DNA of 64,000 bases from a virus. The position numbers were made by a program, and so were the translations under genes. This document shows positions 31,653 to 40,035 of the stretch, one piece after another (position 1 is the stretch's first letter; each line of letters starts with the position of its first letter). The notes beneath the pieces are model-generated. The model was not told the DNA's origin, did not search any database, and saw only the letters and a list, made by a program, of their open reading frames with translations. Location: the IMG/VR virus record IMGVR_UViG_3300036820_000002, positions 32,001-96,000 of that record; one strand, written 5' to 3'.

Positions 31653-31904
31653 TCAGTCGTCAGAATGAAGCTCCCGGTAGGTACTGATCGCCTCTGCTTT
31701 CGCGTCGGCCATCACCGGCAGCCAGAACATTTCATCGAGATCGAGCCTGTCGACGGTGCGCGGATCCCAGTGGTGCAGGTCGGCGAACCGGTCATAGGCC
31801 CACATCCGCTCCGGCATCCCGGCTGGCGGACCGGGGGCGAACTGGGGCGGGTATCCCTGGTAGTAATGCAGGTAGACCGAGGTCAGCTGACGTCCTGCTT
31901 TTTT
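31653..31904 (-). CDS. -1 frameshift extension of the tail chaperone (gpT-like)
   Basis: A AAA AAG heptamer (31898-31904, minus strand); -1 frame open to TGA 31653 with HWDPRTVDRLDLDEMFWL. Confidence 0.75.
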   Translation of the reverse strand, partial: KKAGRQLTSVYLHYYQGYPPQFAPGPPAGMPERMWAYDRFADLHHWDPRTVDRLDLDEMFWLPVMADAKAEAISTYRELHSDD

Positions 31905-32254
31905 GGGTCCGGTGCCGTGCGCCCCGAGATCTTGTCCATCAGCGGTTGCACGGCTTCCTCTATCAGGGAGTAGTCATCCAGGTCCATGCAGCCGCCGATC
32001 ACCGCGTCAGCGGCTGCCATGGAGTTCTGGCCGGGAACCGGCACCGGGTAGCTCCAGGCGGTGATGATGCGCCCGAGCAGTGCATTGCGCATGTCGTTCT
32101 GCAGCGCCAGGAAGCTGGTACGCTGCTTCCCGTCGCCGGTCTCGACGAGGGCGGCCTCCTGGACCTCGAAACGGTCCTGGGCCATCAGCTTGTCCCGGAA
32201 CTCCACCCAGTGGGGGGTCCCGTCGGGCTGAAGGCTGGCCATGTCAATGCGCAT
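31883..32254 (-). CDS. Tail assembly chaperone (gpG-like)
   Basis: Directly after the tail tube gene; ends in PDPKKQ with a slippery site. Confidence 0.75.
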   Translation of the reverse strand: MRIDMASLQPDGTPHWVEFRDKLMAQDRFEVQEAALVETGDGKQRTSFLALQNDMRNALLGRIITAWSYPVPVPGQNSMAAADAVIGGCMDLDDYSLIEEAVQPLMDKISGRTAPDPKKQDVS

Positions 32255-32279
32255 CCGCGTCTCCTGGATGTAGGGCGGT

Positions 32280-33578
32280 TCAGTAGGTGGGGGTCGAGTT
32301 GGTCAGCGTGATGGTGCCGGGGCCCAGTCCGCCGGAGCCGCCGACGTCAGTAGCGTTCGCGACACCTTCGAAGCTGTTGCTGTAAGCGATCAGCTGCTTG
32401 CTCCGGTTGATCTTCGACTTGATGTTCGCCGTCTGGGAGGCGGTGAAGACCAGGGTGAACGGGGTACCGGAGTTCGGGATGCCGGTGTTGGTGACAGTGA
32501 CCGTCATCGGGCCCTGCGCGTTCAGCAGCATCATGTCCAGCGGCTGCTCGGTGTTGGTCGGGTCCCAGTCGACCATCCCGGTCAGGTTCAGCGGCCCTCT
32601 CGCGATGACGAACGGTGCCTGGATGCCCTGGACGGTCCAGTAGACCTGAGTTGCCCGCACGAAGCTGAAGCTGAAGTTCCCGATCTGGTTGATGCTGGCG
32701 CCCAGGATGGACATCGTGGTGTTCCAGTTCGGGATGGGCCGGGAGTTGGTGGTCACGTTGGTGACCGCCGAGGTCGCCGGGGTGGACAGCCAGGTTTCCC
32801 CCGCCATCTTGATGCTCAGCAGCTGCTCGGCATTACCGCTGAAATCGATGTTCTTCAGTACCCCGGACGGGTACTGGCGGGCACCGTAAGTGTTGGTGGG
32901 CGCGGTGCCGTAGGTGGCGTTGGTGTAGGTATTTACGATGTTGGTGACATCGGTGAACGTGTGGGTCGGCGGCTGCGCACCGTAGGCGCCGCCGTAGCCC
33001 AGCGCCGAGTTCAGGGCCGCGAATTTATGGGTGTACGGGCCGGTCACCGTGTTGACGGTCTGGCCGGTCGGGTGCGTGAACCGCAGCGGGTTGTTGGCAA
33101 AATTGATCACGTTGCTGGCGGCGGTCGTGGTGATCACCACGACCTCGCTGGTGGAGAGGGTGCCGATCTGGATGACGGCGGTCGCCGTGTACTGAGTCGG
33201 CGGGGTGGTGCCCAGCGTCATCGAGGTCGCGCCGACTGCCAGCGCGCTGTTCGCCGTCGCCGGGTTAGCGGCACCGGTCCCGGTGGTGGACAGGTCCCCG
33301 AACAGGTTGTCCATGAAGTACCCGTGGGAATCCAGGAAGTTGGGGCCGCCGAAGGAGAACGTCGCCGACTCCACGCCCAGAGTCTCGTAGAACAGGTTGG
33401 TCATCGAGCCACGGATCGCGTTGTCCTTCAGGAACTTCGGCGTGTCCTCCGGCTCGAAGGTGTTCTGGTCCAGCGGGTGCGTGATCACCGGGTTGACGCA
33501 GGTGCCTACGGTCAGCTCGCGGGCAACTCCGAGCCACGACAGGACGCCTGGATAGATGTTCGGTCCGCCAAGGGCCAC
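32280..33578 (-). CDS. Major tail tube protein
   Basis: LGVARE.T.GT...D.AIRGSM N-terminus; PYTHKF; position before the chaperone. Confidence 0.8.
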   Translation of the reverse strand: MALGGPNIYPGVLSWLGVARELTVGTCVNPVITHPLDQNTFEPEDTPKFLKDNAIRGSMTNLFYETLGVESATFSFGGPNFLDSHGYFMDNLFGDLSTTGTGAANPATANSALAVGATSMTLGTTPPTQYTATAVIQIGTLSTSEVVVITTTAASNVINFANNPLRFTHPTGQTVNTVTGPYTHKFAALNSALGYGGAYGAQPPTHTFTDVTNIVNTYTNATYGTAPTNTYGARQYPSGVLKNIDFSGNAEQLLSIKMAGETWLSTPATSAVTNVTTNSRPIPNWNTTMSILGASINQIGNFSFSFVRATQVYWTVQGIQAPFVIARGPLNLTGMVDWDPTNTEQPLDMMLLNAQGPMTVTVTNTGIPNSGTPFTLVFTASQTANIKSKINRSKQLIAYSNSFEGVANATDVGGSGGLGPGTITLTNSTPTY

Positions 33579-33581
33579 ACG

Positions 33582-33827
33582 TTATTCCTCTCCGCCCTCA
33601 GGCTGGTCCGCGCTCGGGGCGCTGTTTTTCGCAGCCTTGGTGCTGCTGTCTTTCACTGTCACCGGGGTCACGGTGAAACGGCCGTCGGTGGGAACGTCAG
33701 AGGCCGTTCCCCCGGCCGGGACGATGTCATAGGAACTGCCGGGGACGCAGGTCAGCGTCTTCCCGGTATCCGCATCGAGATACCCCGGGTAGGTCATGAC
33801 CTCATGGCCCGCGTAGGTTACGAGCAC
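33582..33827 (-). CDS. Small hypothetical protein
   Basis: SD AAGGAG; co-oriented. Confidence 0.6.
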   Translation of the reverse strand: MLVTYAGHEVMTYPGYLDADTGKTLTCVPGSSYDIVPAGGTASDVPTDGRFTVTPVTVKDSSTKAAKNSAPSADQPEGGEE

Positions 33828-33836
33828 ACTCTCCTT

Positions 33837-34352
33837 TTACGCTTGGAAGATTTCCCAGATGGAGACGGTGATCAGCGCGTCATAGCGCTTGCGTCGCTGA
33901 TCGGCGAGGGATTCCACGCCCAGGCGGTAGGTCATGATCTCGCCGGTGTTATACAGCGTTGAGGTCAGTTCCGTATTGGGGTCGGTGATGTACACCGGGT
34001 TCGGCTGGCTGAAGCGCATCGCGAACATGACGGCATCCACCATTCCCGGGAAGATAGGGTCCTGCTGGACTCCCGATCCCCCTGACGTCCAGGTGATGTA
34101 GACGTCGGTGCGGTGCAGGATGCCTTTAGTCCCCGAGGAGGTGCCCACCCCGGTATTACGGGGAATGGTGCCGCCGAGATCGGCGCTGCGGTTCTCCTCA
34201 CCGTCGGCGGGCCATATGTACAGCGCCGGGATCGACGTCTGGATTCTCGGGTCCGGCGGGGTGATGAATGCCCGCGCATCCGGTTGCCCGTAGGGCATCG
34301 GCAGCTGGTCCAGCAGGTTCAGCAAGAATGACTGCGCGACGACAATGCCCAT
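33837..34352 (-). CDS. Probable tail terminator
   Basis: Size, IPALYIWP motif and position before the tail tube gene. Confidence 0.55.
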   Translation of the reverse strand: MGIVVAQSFLLNLLDQLPMPYGQPDARAFITPPDPRIQTSIPALYIWPADGEENRSADLGGTIPRNTGVGTSSGTKGILHRTDVYITWTSGGSGVQQDPIFPGMVDAVMFAMRFSQPNPVYITDPNTELTSTLYNTGEIMTYRLGVESLADQRRKRYDALITVSIWEIFQA

Positions 34353-34403
34353 GCAGGGGGCCTTTCCGGGATAAAAAAAACCCCTGATGGATTTATACCA
34401 GGT

Positions 34404-34619
34404 TTATGCCCGGCGCGCTTTCTGCGCCTTCTGGGCTTTCTGCGCCTTCGGGGAGCCGACCGGGCCCTCGGACGACGACTCGTATTCCTGGTGCAGGATC
34501 TGCAGCTGCTGCAGGTACTGCTGGCGGGCCATCATCCGCTGCTCGCGGTACAGGGCGCGGGCATTGCGGCGGCGCATGCTCAGCGCCGACATCCTGCGGT
34601 TCACCGGGGTCGATGCCAT
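34404..34619 (-). CDS. Small basic protein with KAQ repeats
   Basis: KAQKAQKAQKA encoded by a 9-bp-period repeat. Confidence 0.45.
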   Translation of the reverse strand: MASTPVNRRMSALSMRRRNARALYREQRMMARQQYLQQLQILHQEYESSSEGPVGSPKAQKAQKAQKARRA

Positions 34620-34629
34620 GAAAATCGCC

Positions 34630-35631
34630 TTAGACCGTGCGCCGGAACGGGTGGCAGAGGAGCTCGGCCTCGGTATTCAGGCCGGTGATGTCACCGCCGG
34701 TCGCCTGCGAATGGCCGCCGATGTCGTGGATGGTGGTGGAGGTGGCGCCGCGTACCAGTGCCTCGGCGGTCGCGAACAGGATGCACGCCTCCTCGATGGA
34801 CGCCGGCAGGGAAGTAATCAGCGTCCCCGCCTCATGGGGGTAGACCAGGGGCGTGGCCAGGGTCAGCGTGCCCGGTCCCGTTTTTACTGATGCCGACGTG
34901 ACGCGGACGGCCTCCTGCTGACCGGAGTCGGGGATCCGCCCGGTAGCCCCGGTGTAGGTCCCGTAGTAATTGGTGACCGCCCAGCCGGTGGTGTCATCGA
35001 CGGTGATGACGCTGTCCCCGGCATCAGCTGAGACCGTGACCTCGCTGTGCGGCCACCCGTTGATGTAGCTCACCTGGACAGCCCACCCGTTACGGCCGTA
35101 AGCCCAGGTGATGTAGCCGGGAGCCAGGATGACGGCCTGGCCTCCCTGGGCGCTGCCGCCGGGGGCGCTGCTGCCGTAGATTCCGATCGGGGGAGTTTCC
35201 GGCTCGAAGTAGCCGGCCGGGACGCTGGTCCAGCTGCGCGGCCACATGTTGTTCGGGCAGGTCTGCACTGCCGTGACTTCCAGCACCGGCCAGCGGGCCA
35301 GGATCAGCCGTGCGTTATATCCCGCTCCGCCCCAGTAGGGGGTCGGGGAGGAGCCGCCGCCGCCGGGCCCGACGGTGACCTTGAAGTCGGGGCCGTGGAG
35401 CAGCTCGTCATCGGCAGTGGCGCGGAGCGTCTGGTTGCAGTAGCCGTCGACCTTGGCTGTCGCGCGGGCGCACATGTTCCAGATCTCGTTCTGGGTCTGC
35501 GCGGGAGTGGCGTCGTCCCAGGGGGTAATCGTCGTCCAGTCGATGCCGGTAAAGTAGGCGCCGATTGCAATGTTACGGGGGAAATGTAAGGAGCTAGCCC
35601 GAAGGGCAATGGCGTTGACATAAGGCATCAC
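34630..35631 (-). CDS. Head-to-tail adaptor (N-terminus possibly in another frame)
   Basis: RATAKVDGYCNQ...V.Y.NGW...LPASIEEACIL...LCHPFRR; see the frameshift finding. Confidence 0.7.
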   Translation of the reverse strand: MMPYVNAIALRASSLHFPRNIAIGAYFTGIDWTTITPWDDATPAQTQNEIWNMCARATAKVDGYCNQTLRATADDELLHGPDFKVTVGPGGGGSSPTPYWGGAGYNARLILARWPVLEVTAVQTCPNNMWPRSWTSVPAGYFEPETPPIGIYGSSAPGGSAQGGQAVILAPGYITWAYGRNGWAVQVSYINGWPHSEVTVSADAGDSVITVDDTTGWAVTNYYGTYTGATGRIPDSGQQEAVRVTSASVKTGPGTLTLATPLVYPHEAGTLITSLPASIEEACILFATAEALVRGATSTTIHDIGGHSQATGGDITGLNTEAELLCHPFRRTV

Positions 35632-35836
35632 CTCCCTCCGTGACCTGGTAAGCTACTGAGCCTTTCTTCTGGGCCCGGTCGCATTTAGTGCAGATCCACC
35701 CGTCTTTCCAGACGGAATGCTTTTCGCAGATGTCCTCGCGGCAGCGGTTGCACTGGGCCCAGGGGGCGGCTGTCCGGGCGGCGCGGCCCCGTTTAGGCCC
35801 GCCGCACCTCCTGCACAGCCCCGGGGCCCGTGACAT
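35594..35836 (-). CDS. Small zinc-finger protein
   Basis: CRRC, CNRC, CEKH, CTKC. Confidence 0.55.
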   Translation of the reverse strand: MSRAPGLCRRCGGPKRGRAARTAAPWAQCNRCREDICEKHSVWKDGWICTKCDRAQKKGSVAYQVTEGGDALCQRHCPSG

Positions 35837-35851
35837 CTAATCTCGCGGTCC

Positions 35852-36511
35852 TCATGCAGCCTCCAGGCGCATGATCATCTCGTCTTTGGTGCCCTTATCG
35901 GGGAGATCCTTCTCCCGGCACATTTTGCGCAGCGTCTGCACGTGGAGCCGGTCTAGCGGGATAACTGCTTCCGGAGCGGCTTCTACCTGTGCACGCGCGT
36001 TCATCGCCGCCCCGCATTCGGCGCAGAACTTGGCCCCGGCGGCATTGTCGTGGCCGTTGACGCACAGCATCGTGCCGTAGAGGATCCCGGCGGGGAGTTC
36101 CTTCTCCAGTAGCCACATCGCCTCGACGGGGACGTTGACCCCGGTAGCGCGGATCGCGGCCAGTGCCTGCAGCATCTGGATCTGCTGGCTGCCGCGCTCG
36201 GCGCGGACGTGGTTGACGGCCGCCTCATCGGGGGTCAGGGGGACGGAATCAGGGGTCGAGGACCACAGCGGATCAGCGTCAGCGACGCGCTCCTGCTTCG
36301 CCGGGATGCCCGCCTTCGGGTCGCCGGGGGTCGTCTTGAGGATGCGCTGCTTGCGATCTCCCTTGAGGTAGCCTTCACAGGAGGGGCAGTCCAGCCGGAA
36401 TGCTTTGTCAGGAGCGCCACGGGTCACCGTCCGGGAATGGGAGGCTCCGCAGCCGCCTGCCGACGCCGGCACGGAAATGTGCATGACATCGGAGCGCGCG
36501 TAAAGGACCAA
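35852..36511 (-). CDS. Zinc-ribbon protein with C-terminal SAP-like motif
   Basis: CPSC, C..GH.N...KFCAECG; LDRL.VQTLRKMCREKDL...GTKDEMI.RL; TTG start after GAGGAA. Confidence 0.65.
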   Translation of the reverse strand: MVLYARSDVMHISVPASAGGCGASHSRTVTRGAPDKAFRLDCPSCEGYLKGDRKQRILKTTPGDPKAGIPAKQERVADADPLWSSTPDSVPLTPDEAAVNHVRAERGSQQIQMLQALAAIRATGVNVPVEAMWLLEKELPAGILYGTMLCVNGHDNAAGAKFCAECGAAMNARAQVEAAPEAVIPLDRLHVQTLRKMCREKDLPDKGTKDEMIMRLEAA

Positions 36512-36547
36512 CGGAATCAGTTCCTCTCGGGAGAACGGGAAAAGAAA

Positions 36548-37057
36548 ATGGATACGGACAGGCTTGTCTTCGTCGACTGCGAGGCACGCGGCGCGAGCTC
36601 GTTTTCCGGGGTGATGACGGAATTTGCCGCCGGGTACTACCGGACCCGGGACACTTTCCACGGGCGCCTGCATGAAGGCAGCCCCGACCCGGCTAACCCG
36701 GCCGTTCCGCTCCCGGGGAAGCGCATCGCCTCCGACCTGGAGGTCGCCACCCGTCTCTCCGGGTGGATCGCGCAGCGGCTGGGCGGGGCGCGGCCTGTTT
36801 TCGTCAGCGACAATCCGGCCTATGACTGGCAGTGGGTGGCCGCGATGTATGACAGGGCGGGGATAGCGAACCCGTTCGGGCATTCCGGCCGCCGTATCGG
36901 TGACTTCTGGGCCGGGGTGACCAGGGACTGGCGGAATACGCAGCAATGGAAGCAGTTCCGCGTCACCCGTCATGACCACAATCCGGTTAATGACGTCCTG
37001 GGGAACATGGAGGCGTTCGCCCAGATCCTGGACCGGATGGAAACAGGGATGATCTAG
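36548..37057 (+). CDS. DEDDh 3'-5' exoribonuclease-like protein (Rv2179c/DUF5051-like)
   Basis: FVDCE, SDNPAYDWQW, PFGHSGRRIGD, HDHNPVND. Confidence 0.8.
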   Translation: MDTDRLVFVDCEARGASSFSGVMTEFAAGYYRTRDTFHGRLHEGSPDPANPAVPLPGKRIASDLEVATRLSGWIAQRLGGARPVFVSDNPAYDWQWVAAMYDRAGIANPFGHSGRRIGDFWAGVTRDWRNTQQWKQFRVTRHDHNPVNDVLGNMEAFAQILDRMETGMI

Positions 37058-37377
37058 GGCTGGTACTCGCCGGGGAGGGAATGGTCCATCTCCGGCTCCG
37101 GGACGGTCGGGCCGTGGCCTTTCGGGCACTGCCGGGTCCAGGAATGCCAGAGGGTGTTGCAGGTGCGGCACCACATGCCCGGCGGTGACTTCCGCACGTA
37201 GAATTTCTCCGGCCCGGCGTCGACGAGTCCGGCGTTCGCGTAATCCTGGTTCCTCAGCTTCTTCAGCTGCCGGGGGTCCTCGATGCTCACGAAGCTGCCG
37301 GGGCCTCGCTCGGCCATGAATTTCTGGTTGCCGTCAGCGAACCCGGCGCAGCCGGGAGGAAGCTGGATCCTGGGCAA
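37054..37377 (-). CDS. Hypothetical protein with zinc ribbon
   Basis: CRTC...CPKGH; SD AAAGGA. Confidence 0.6.
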   Translation of the reverse strand: MPRIQLPPGCAGFADGNQKFMAERGPGSFVSIEDPRQLKKLRNQDYANAGLVDAGPEKFYVRKSPPGMWCRTCNTLWHSWTRQCPKGHGPTVPEPEMDHSLPGEYQP

Positions 37378-37387
37378 TGCGCGTCCT

Positions 37388-37678
37388 TTAGAAGTTAGTG
37401 GAGACGATGTACTGGATGGATGTCGCGGACGCGGCGGCCGTGGAGCCGGTGGTCCCGTAGAGCTGCTGGCCCCTGCTCCCGACGAACGCAGTGAAGCTGG
37501 TCGGGAGGGAATGGCACTGCATCCCGTTCGCGGACGTGACAGCCGTGGACGTCCCGATCCATACCGGGACGGCGCTCAGGTTGTAGAAGGTGACGGCGCA
37601 GGAACTGGCCGGCACCGCGAACAGGAATGTCCCGGTCGTCCCGCTCGGGACGGTCGCCTGTCCCATGACAATCGCCAC
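37388..37678 (-). CDS. Small beta-rich virion (decoration-like) protein
   Basis: N...PVWIG....VT..NG motif shared with neighbouring ORFs; SD GAGGAG. Confidence 0.6.
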   Translation of the reverse strand: MAIVMGQATVPSGTTGTFLFAVPASSCAVTFYNLSAVPVWIGTSTAVTSANGMQCHSLPTSFTAFVGSRGQQLYGTTGSTAAASATSIQYIVSTNF

Positions 37679-37687
37679 ATGGCTCCT

Positions 37688-38395
37688 CTAGGCGCCGGCG
37701 AGAAGCCAGCGGACATCAGGGTTGAATTTCCGGCGCAGCCGGGCCACGTCGAGGATGAAACCGGTGCTGCGCCATTCCTGGAAGGCCTTCAGGTCGCGGT
37801 CCCCGAACAGCTCCTCAGTCTCGGAATAGAGGGAGTCCTTGTCCGTGGTGTCATCAACGGAGTAATGCCGGTGTTCCACTACCGCTTCGGGGACATACCG
37901 GATCAGCCCGGAATGGACACCCAGGTCGGCGATAATATTGTCACAGTAAAAATGCATTTGCCATGGCGGCGCGAACCAGCCCAGCTCGGTGACCAGGTCG
38001 GAGCTGGCCAGCCAGATCTCCGGGATGTCGGAGCGCCTCTTGTCATCGGGATAGACCCAGCCGGTGCCGCCGAGGTCATCCAGGGCCCGCAGCAGGATCT
38101 CGTCCCAGCCGGGGGTGAGGAAGACGTGGTCGTCGCCGGCGAACATCAGCGTGTCATACAGCGGCGCGTGAGCCAGCGCGGCTGCGTTCAGCTTCCCGCT
38201 AAAGAAGGCGCGCGGGGTGATGACGGTATGCGCCGCATCTCCCCAGTCGGTACCGTCATAGGAGTCGTCGTCGCAGTCCGTCACGACCAGGATCTCGGTG
38301 TCCGGGGACGTCCTGGTCGCACGGAAAGAATCAAGCAGCCGGGCGAGCTGGCCCGGACGGGTCCTGGTCGGGACGATTACCAGCAGGGAAGTCAC
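37688..38395 (-). CDS. GT-A (GT2-like) glycosyltransferase
   Basis: VIVPTR.RP, GDDH.F.TPGWD, H.YCDN, VEH.H. Confidence 0.8.
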   Translation of the reverse strand: MTSLLVIVPTRTRPGQLARLLDSFRATRTSPDTEILVVTDCDDDSYDGTDWGDAAHTVITPRAFFSGKLNAAALAHAPLYDTLMFAGDDHVFLTPGWDEILLRALDDLGGTGWVYPDDKRRSDIPEIWLASSDLVTELGWFAPPWQMHFYCDNIIADLGVHSGLIRYVPEAVVEHRHYSVDDTTDKDSLYSETEELFGDRDLKAFQEWRSTGFILDVARLRRKFNPDVRWLLAGA

Positions 38396-39096
38396 TCACA
38401 CGGTCCTTTGCCGTCACGGGCACGCTGGTAGGAATCCCAGGTGCCGCAGTCGCGGAAGTCATCCAGCCACACCACCGGGGTGCCCTGCAGGGCAGTGACA
38501 GGCCCCCGGACCTGCCGCAGGGTGGAGGCGGTGATCAGGTCCAGCCCAGCCAGCCCGTCCGGGCCGCTGAACCCGAACATGCCCCAGGCACTGTCATAGA
38601 TCCCGGGGACGTCTGGCTTGTCCTCATAGGCCACGACGTGGTCATCGCGGGTGCGCAGCGCCCCGAGGGCGCCCAGTTCCTCTTCGGGCTTAGGTGCCGC
38701 CGCGAAGCAGAAGCCGCTCTCCAGCAGCCGGTCCCCGATCCGGGACAGCACGTCCCCGGTGCAGGAGTAGATGACGTCGGGAAGCATCAGGATGGTAATG
38801 CTCCCCAGCCAGGGTTCCAGGCAGCGGACGGCGTCAGGCATATCCCTGGTGTCGGGGTCCTGCCGGACCCGGGCCAGCGGCGCCCTGGGGAGCCTGCGGC
38901 CGATGTAGGCTGCCGTCTGCTCCCGCATCCCGCCGTCCATCAGCAGGATGCGGACGTCGAGGCCCGTTTCCCGGATCAGGTCCAGGCAGGAGTCGATGAC
39001 GAGCCTGCCCGGCTCCAGCGGGGCCAGTTCCTTGGGGAACGGCAGCCCCAGACGTGATCCCGCCCCGGCGCAGGGGAGGATCACTGTCGCGATCAC
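38392..39096 (-). CDS. Sugar-phosphate nucleotidyltransferase (RmlA-like)
   Basis: ILPCAGAGSRLG..PKEL.P, LPD, EDKP, DCGTWDSY. Confidence 0.85.
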   Translation of the reverse strand: MIATVILPCAGAGSRLGLPFPKELAPLEPGRLVIDSCLDLIRETGLDVRILLMDGGMREQTAAYIGRRLPRAPLARVRQDPDTRDMPDAVRCLEPWLGSITILMLPDVIYSCTGDVLSRIGDRLLESGFCFAAAPKPEEELGALGALRTRDDHVVAYEDKPDVPGIYDSAWGMFGFSGPDGLAGLDLITASTLRQVRGPVTALQGTPVVWLDDFRDCGTWDSYQRARDGKGPCE

Positions 39097-39621
39097 TTAC
39101 ACGACCCCGGCCGTCACGCGCAGCTGCCCGAAGGTAGGCGTGCACGTGTAGATGACGTCAGAGGTGGCGTGAGGGTACTGCAGGGTGGTCGCCAGCGTCA
39201 GTGACGTGGAAGCCAGCCCGAAGGTGGAGATTGCCACTACTTCCGCGTTCGCGGTGTTCACCGTGTTCGCGATCATGATGGTCCCCCCGGTGAACAGGCT
39301 GCCGGTAGTCGCCGTGACAGCGCAGGTGATCACGGTGACGCCGGGAGCCACCGCCGCGCCGACGGTGCCGATGACCGGCCCCTGGGAGACCGCTGACATC
39401 GCGTACATCGCGACGTTGCCGATGAGCTCCACCGGCCGTGACCTCGGCGTGATCGGGAAGCCCCCGTTGATCCCCATGCCCTGCTGCCCGACGTAGACCG
39501 TGTTCAGGCCTTCATTGCTGAGCCGCAGGTTGGTAGTCGCCGACGTATTCGGGGTGAAGATCCACGTCGGGGTGTAGGTGAGGTTGACATGCTGGTCGAC
39601 CCCGGGCCCGAGGTAGGGCAT
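39097..39621 (-). CDS. Virion-associated beta-rich protein
   Basis: SD AGGAG before ATG 39621; N.G..TVYVG motif. Confidence 0.6.
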   Translation of the reverse strand: MPYLGPGVDQHVNLTYTPTWIFTPNTSATTNLRLSNEGLNTVYVGQQGMGINGGFPITPRSRPVELIGNVAMYAMSAVSQGPVIGTVGAAVAPGVTVITCAVTATTGSLFTGGTIMIANTVNTANAEVVAISTFGLASTSLTLATTLQYPHATSDVIYTCTPTFGQLRVTAGVV

Positions 39622-39635
39622 CTGGTTCTCCTGTC

Positions 39636-39935
39636 TCAGACGACCGAGACGACCGACGCCCAGCCGAGGTTGACCGTGGCGGTTCCCGGGCTGTACGCGT
39701 AGATCTTGGCGGACGGCGGCGCCTGTCCCATCAGCACGGTGGTCTGCCCGGCCGGGATCAGGAAGCCGGTGGCGGCAGCGGCACTGGAGGCAGACGTGCC
39801 CATCGTCACGTACAGCAGGGCGGTGCTGCCGTTGTTGATGGCCAGGTCCCGGTAGTAACCGGTGGCCGGGATGGTGTACGGGGTGGTGCTGGACGTGATG
39901 GTCGCCGTGGTGAAGTAGCTGACGGCAAGAGCCAC
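39636..39935 (-). CDS. Capsid decoration-like protein
   Basis: SD AAGGAG before GTG; first gene after the major capsid gene. Confidence 0.6.
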   Translation of the reverse strand: MALAVSYFTTATITSSTTPYTIPATGYYRDLAINNGSTALLYVTMGTSASSAAAATGFLIPAGQTTVLMGQAPPSAKIYAYSPGTATVNLGWASVVSVV

Positions 39936-40035
39936 ACAACTCCTTTTCCTGTGTGCTGGGTAACGGAAGACGGGCGGCTCTGCGCCGCGATCGCGGTACC
40001 TGCATGACAGTTGCATCACGCAGGTACCGCTCTCA

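Noticed and set aside
36512-37174. N-terminal 220 aa of the 440-aa ORF 35852-37174
   Set aside because: Antisense to the exonuclease gene; the true start is likely TTG 36511.
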